DNA of 64,000 nt from Felis catus (Eukaryota), in NCBI RefSeq assembly GCF_018350175.1, contig NC_058368.1, positions 233,556,001-233,620,000 of the forward strand, written 5' to 3'. Positions within the stretch are counted from its first letter, which is position 1. Each line of letters starts with the position of its first letter. The position numbers and the translations under genes are program-made. Below, piece by piece: positions 63,734 through 64,000 of this stretch. Under the pieces are notes generated by a model that saw only the letters and a list, made by a program, of their open reading frames with translations, was not told the origin of the DNA and searched no databases.

Positions 63734-63944
63734 TTTTTTTTAATGTTTGTTTATTTTTGAGACAAAGAGAGACCGAGCATGAACAGGGGAGGGGCAGAGA
63801 GAGAGGGAGACCCAGAATCCGAAGCAGGCTCCAGGCTCTGAGCTGTCAGCACAGAGACCGACGTGGGGCTCGAACTCACGGACCGCGAGATCATGACCTG
63901 AGCCGAAGTCGGACGCTCAACCGACTGAGCCACCCAGGCGCCCC
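63734..63944 (-). mobile_element. CanSINE
   Basis: TSD tgagtctgaaattattt. Confidence 0.96.
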
Positions 63945-64000
63945 AATGAGTCTGAAATTATTTAAAGACAAATCGTATCAAAAAAGTAACAGGAGTCTGA

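Larger units (their letters stand above)
10995..64000 (-). other. ADCY2: Large ADCY2 intron upstream of the exon (partial; continues beyond the window)
   Basis: Polypyrimidine tract and AG at 10995-11012. No other ADCY2 coding sequence was recognised in this interval. Confidence 0.85.

Noticed and set aside
54..63933. Recurrent ~60-70 aa ORFs of the type MAQSV...SSPASGSVLTAQSLEPASDSVSPSLS
   Set aside because: These are translations of CanSINE copies starting at GTG, not a protein family.
17..63944. SINE strand bias (about 20 minus versus 11 plus by my count)
   Set aside because: The sample is small and includes a locally duplicated trimer, so it is not clearly different from chance.

Overview
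Mammalian genomic DNA from a felid (cat-family carnivore), inferred from the dense tRNA-derived CanSINE (SINEC_Fc-type) elements and carnivore L1 3' ends. The window lies inside the adenylate cyclase 2 gene (ADCY2) on the minus strand. It contains a single supportable coding exon (10845-10994, 150 nt, ILANVIIFICGNLAGAYHKHLMELALQQTYQDTCNCIKSRIKLEFEKRQQ); everything else is intronic. The introns hold about 31 CanSINEs, L1/L2/MIR remnants, MaLR (MLT1-type) solo LTRs, hAT DNA-transposon remnants, microsatellites, one GC-rich minisatellite with higher-order structure and an intragenic CpG island. The supplied ORF track is almost entirely spurious (repeat-derived or chance) and misses the real exon. 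I found no convincing new gene system. The best observations concern retrotransposition and recombination history (a chimeric SINE trimer inside one TSD pair, a twin-primed L1 with a re-used target site) and candidate cAMP-responsive regulatory sites. Repeat subfamily names and boundaries are from recognition by eye and are approximate.
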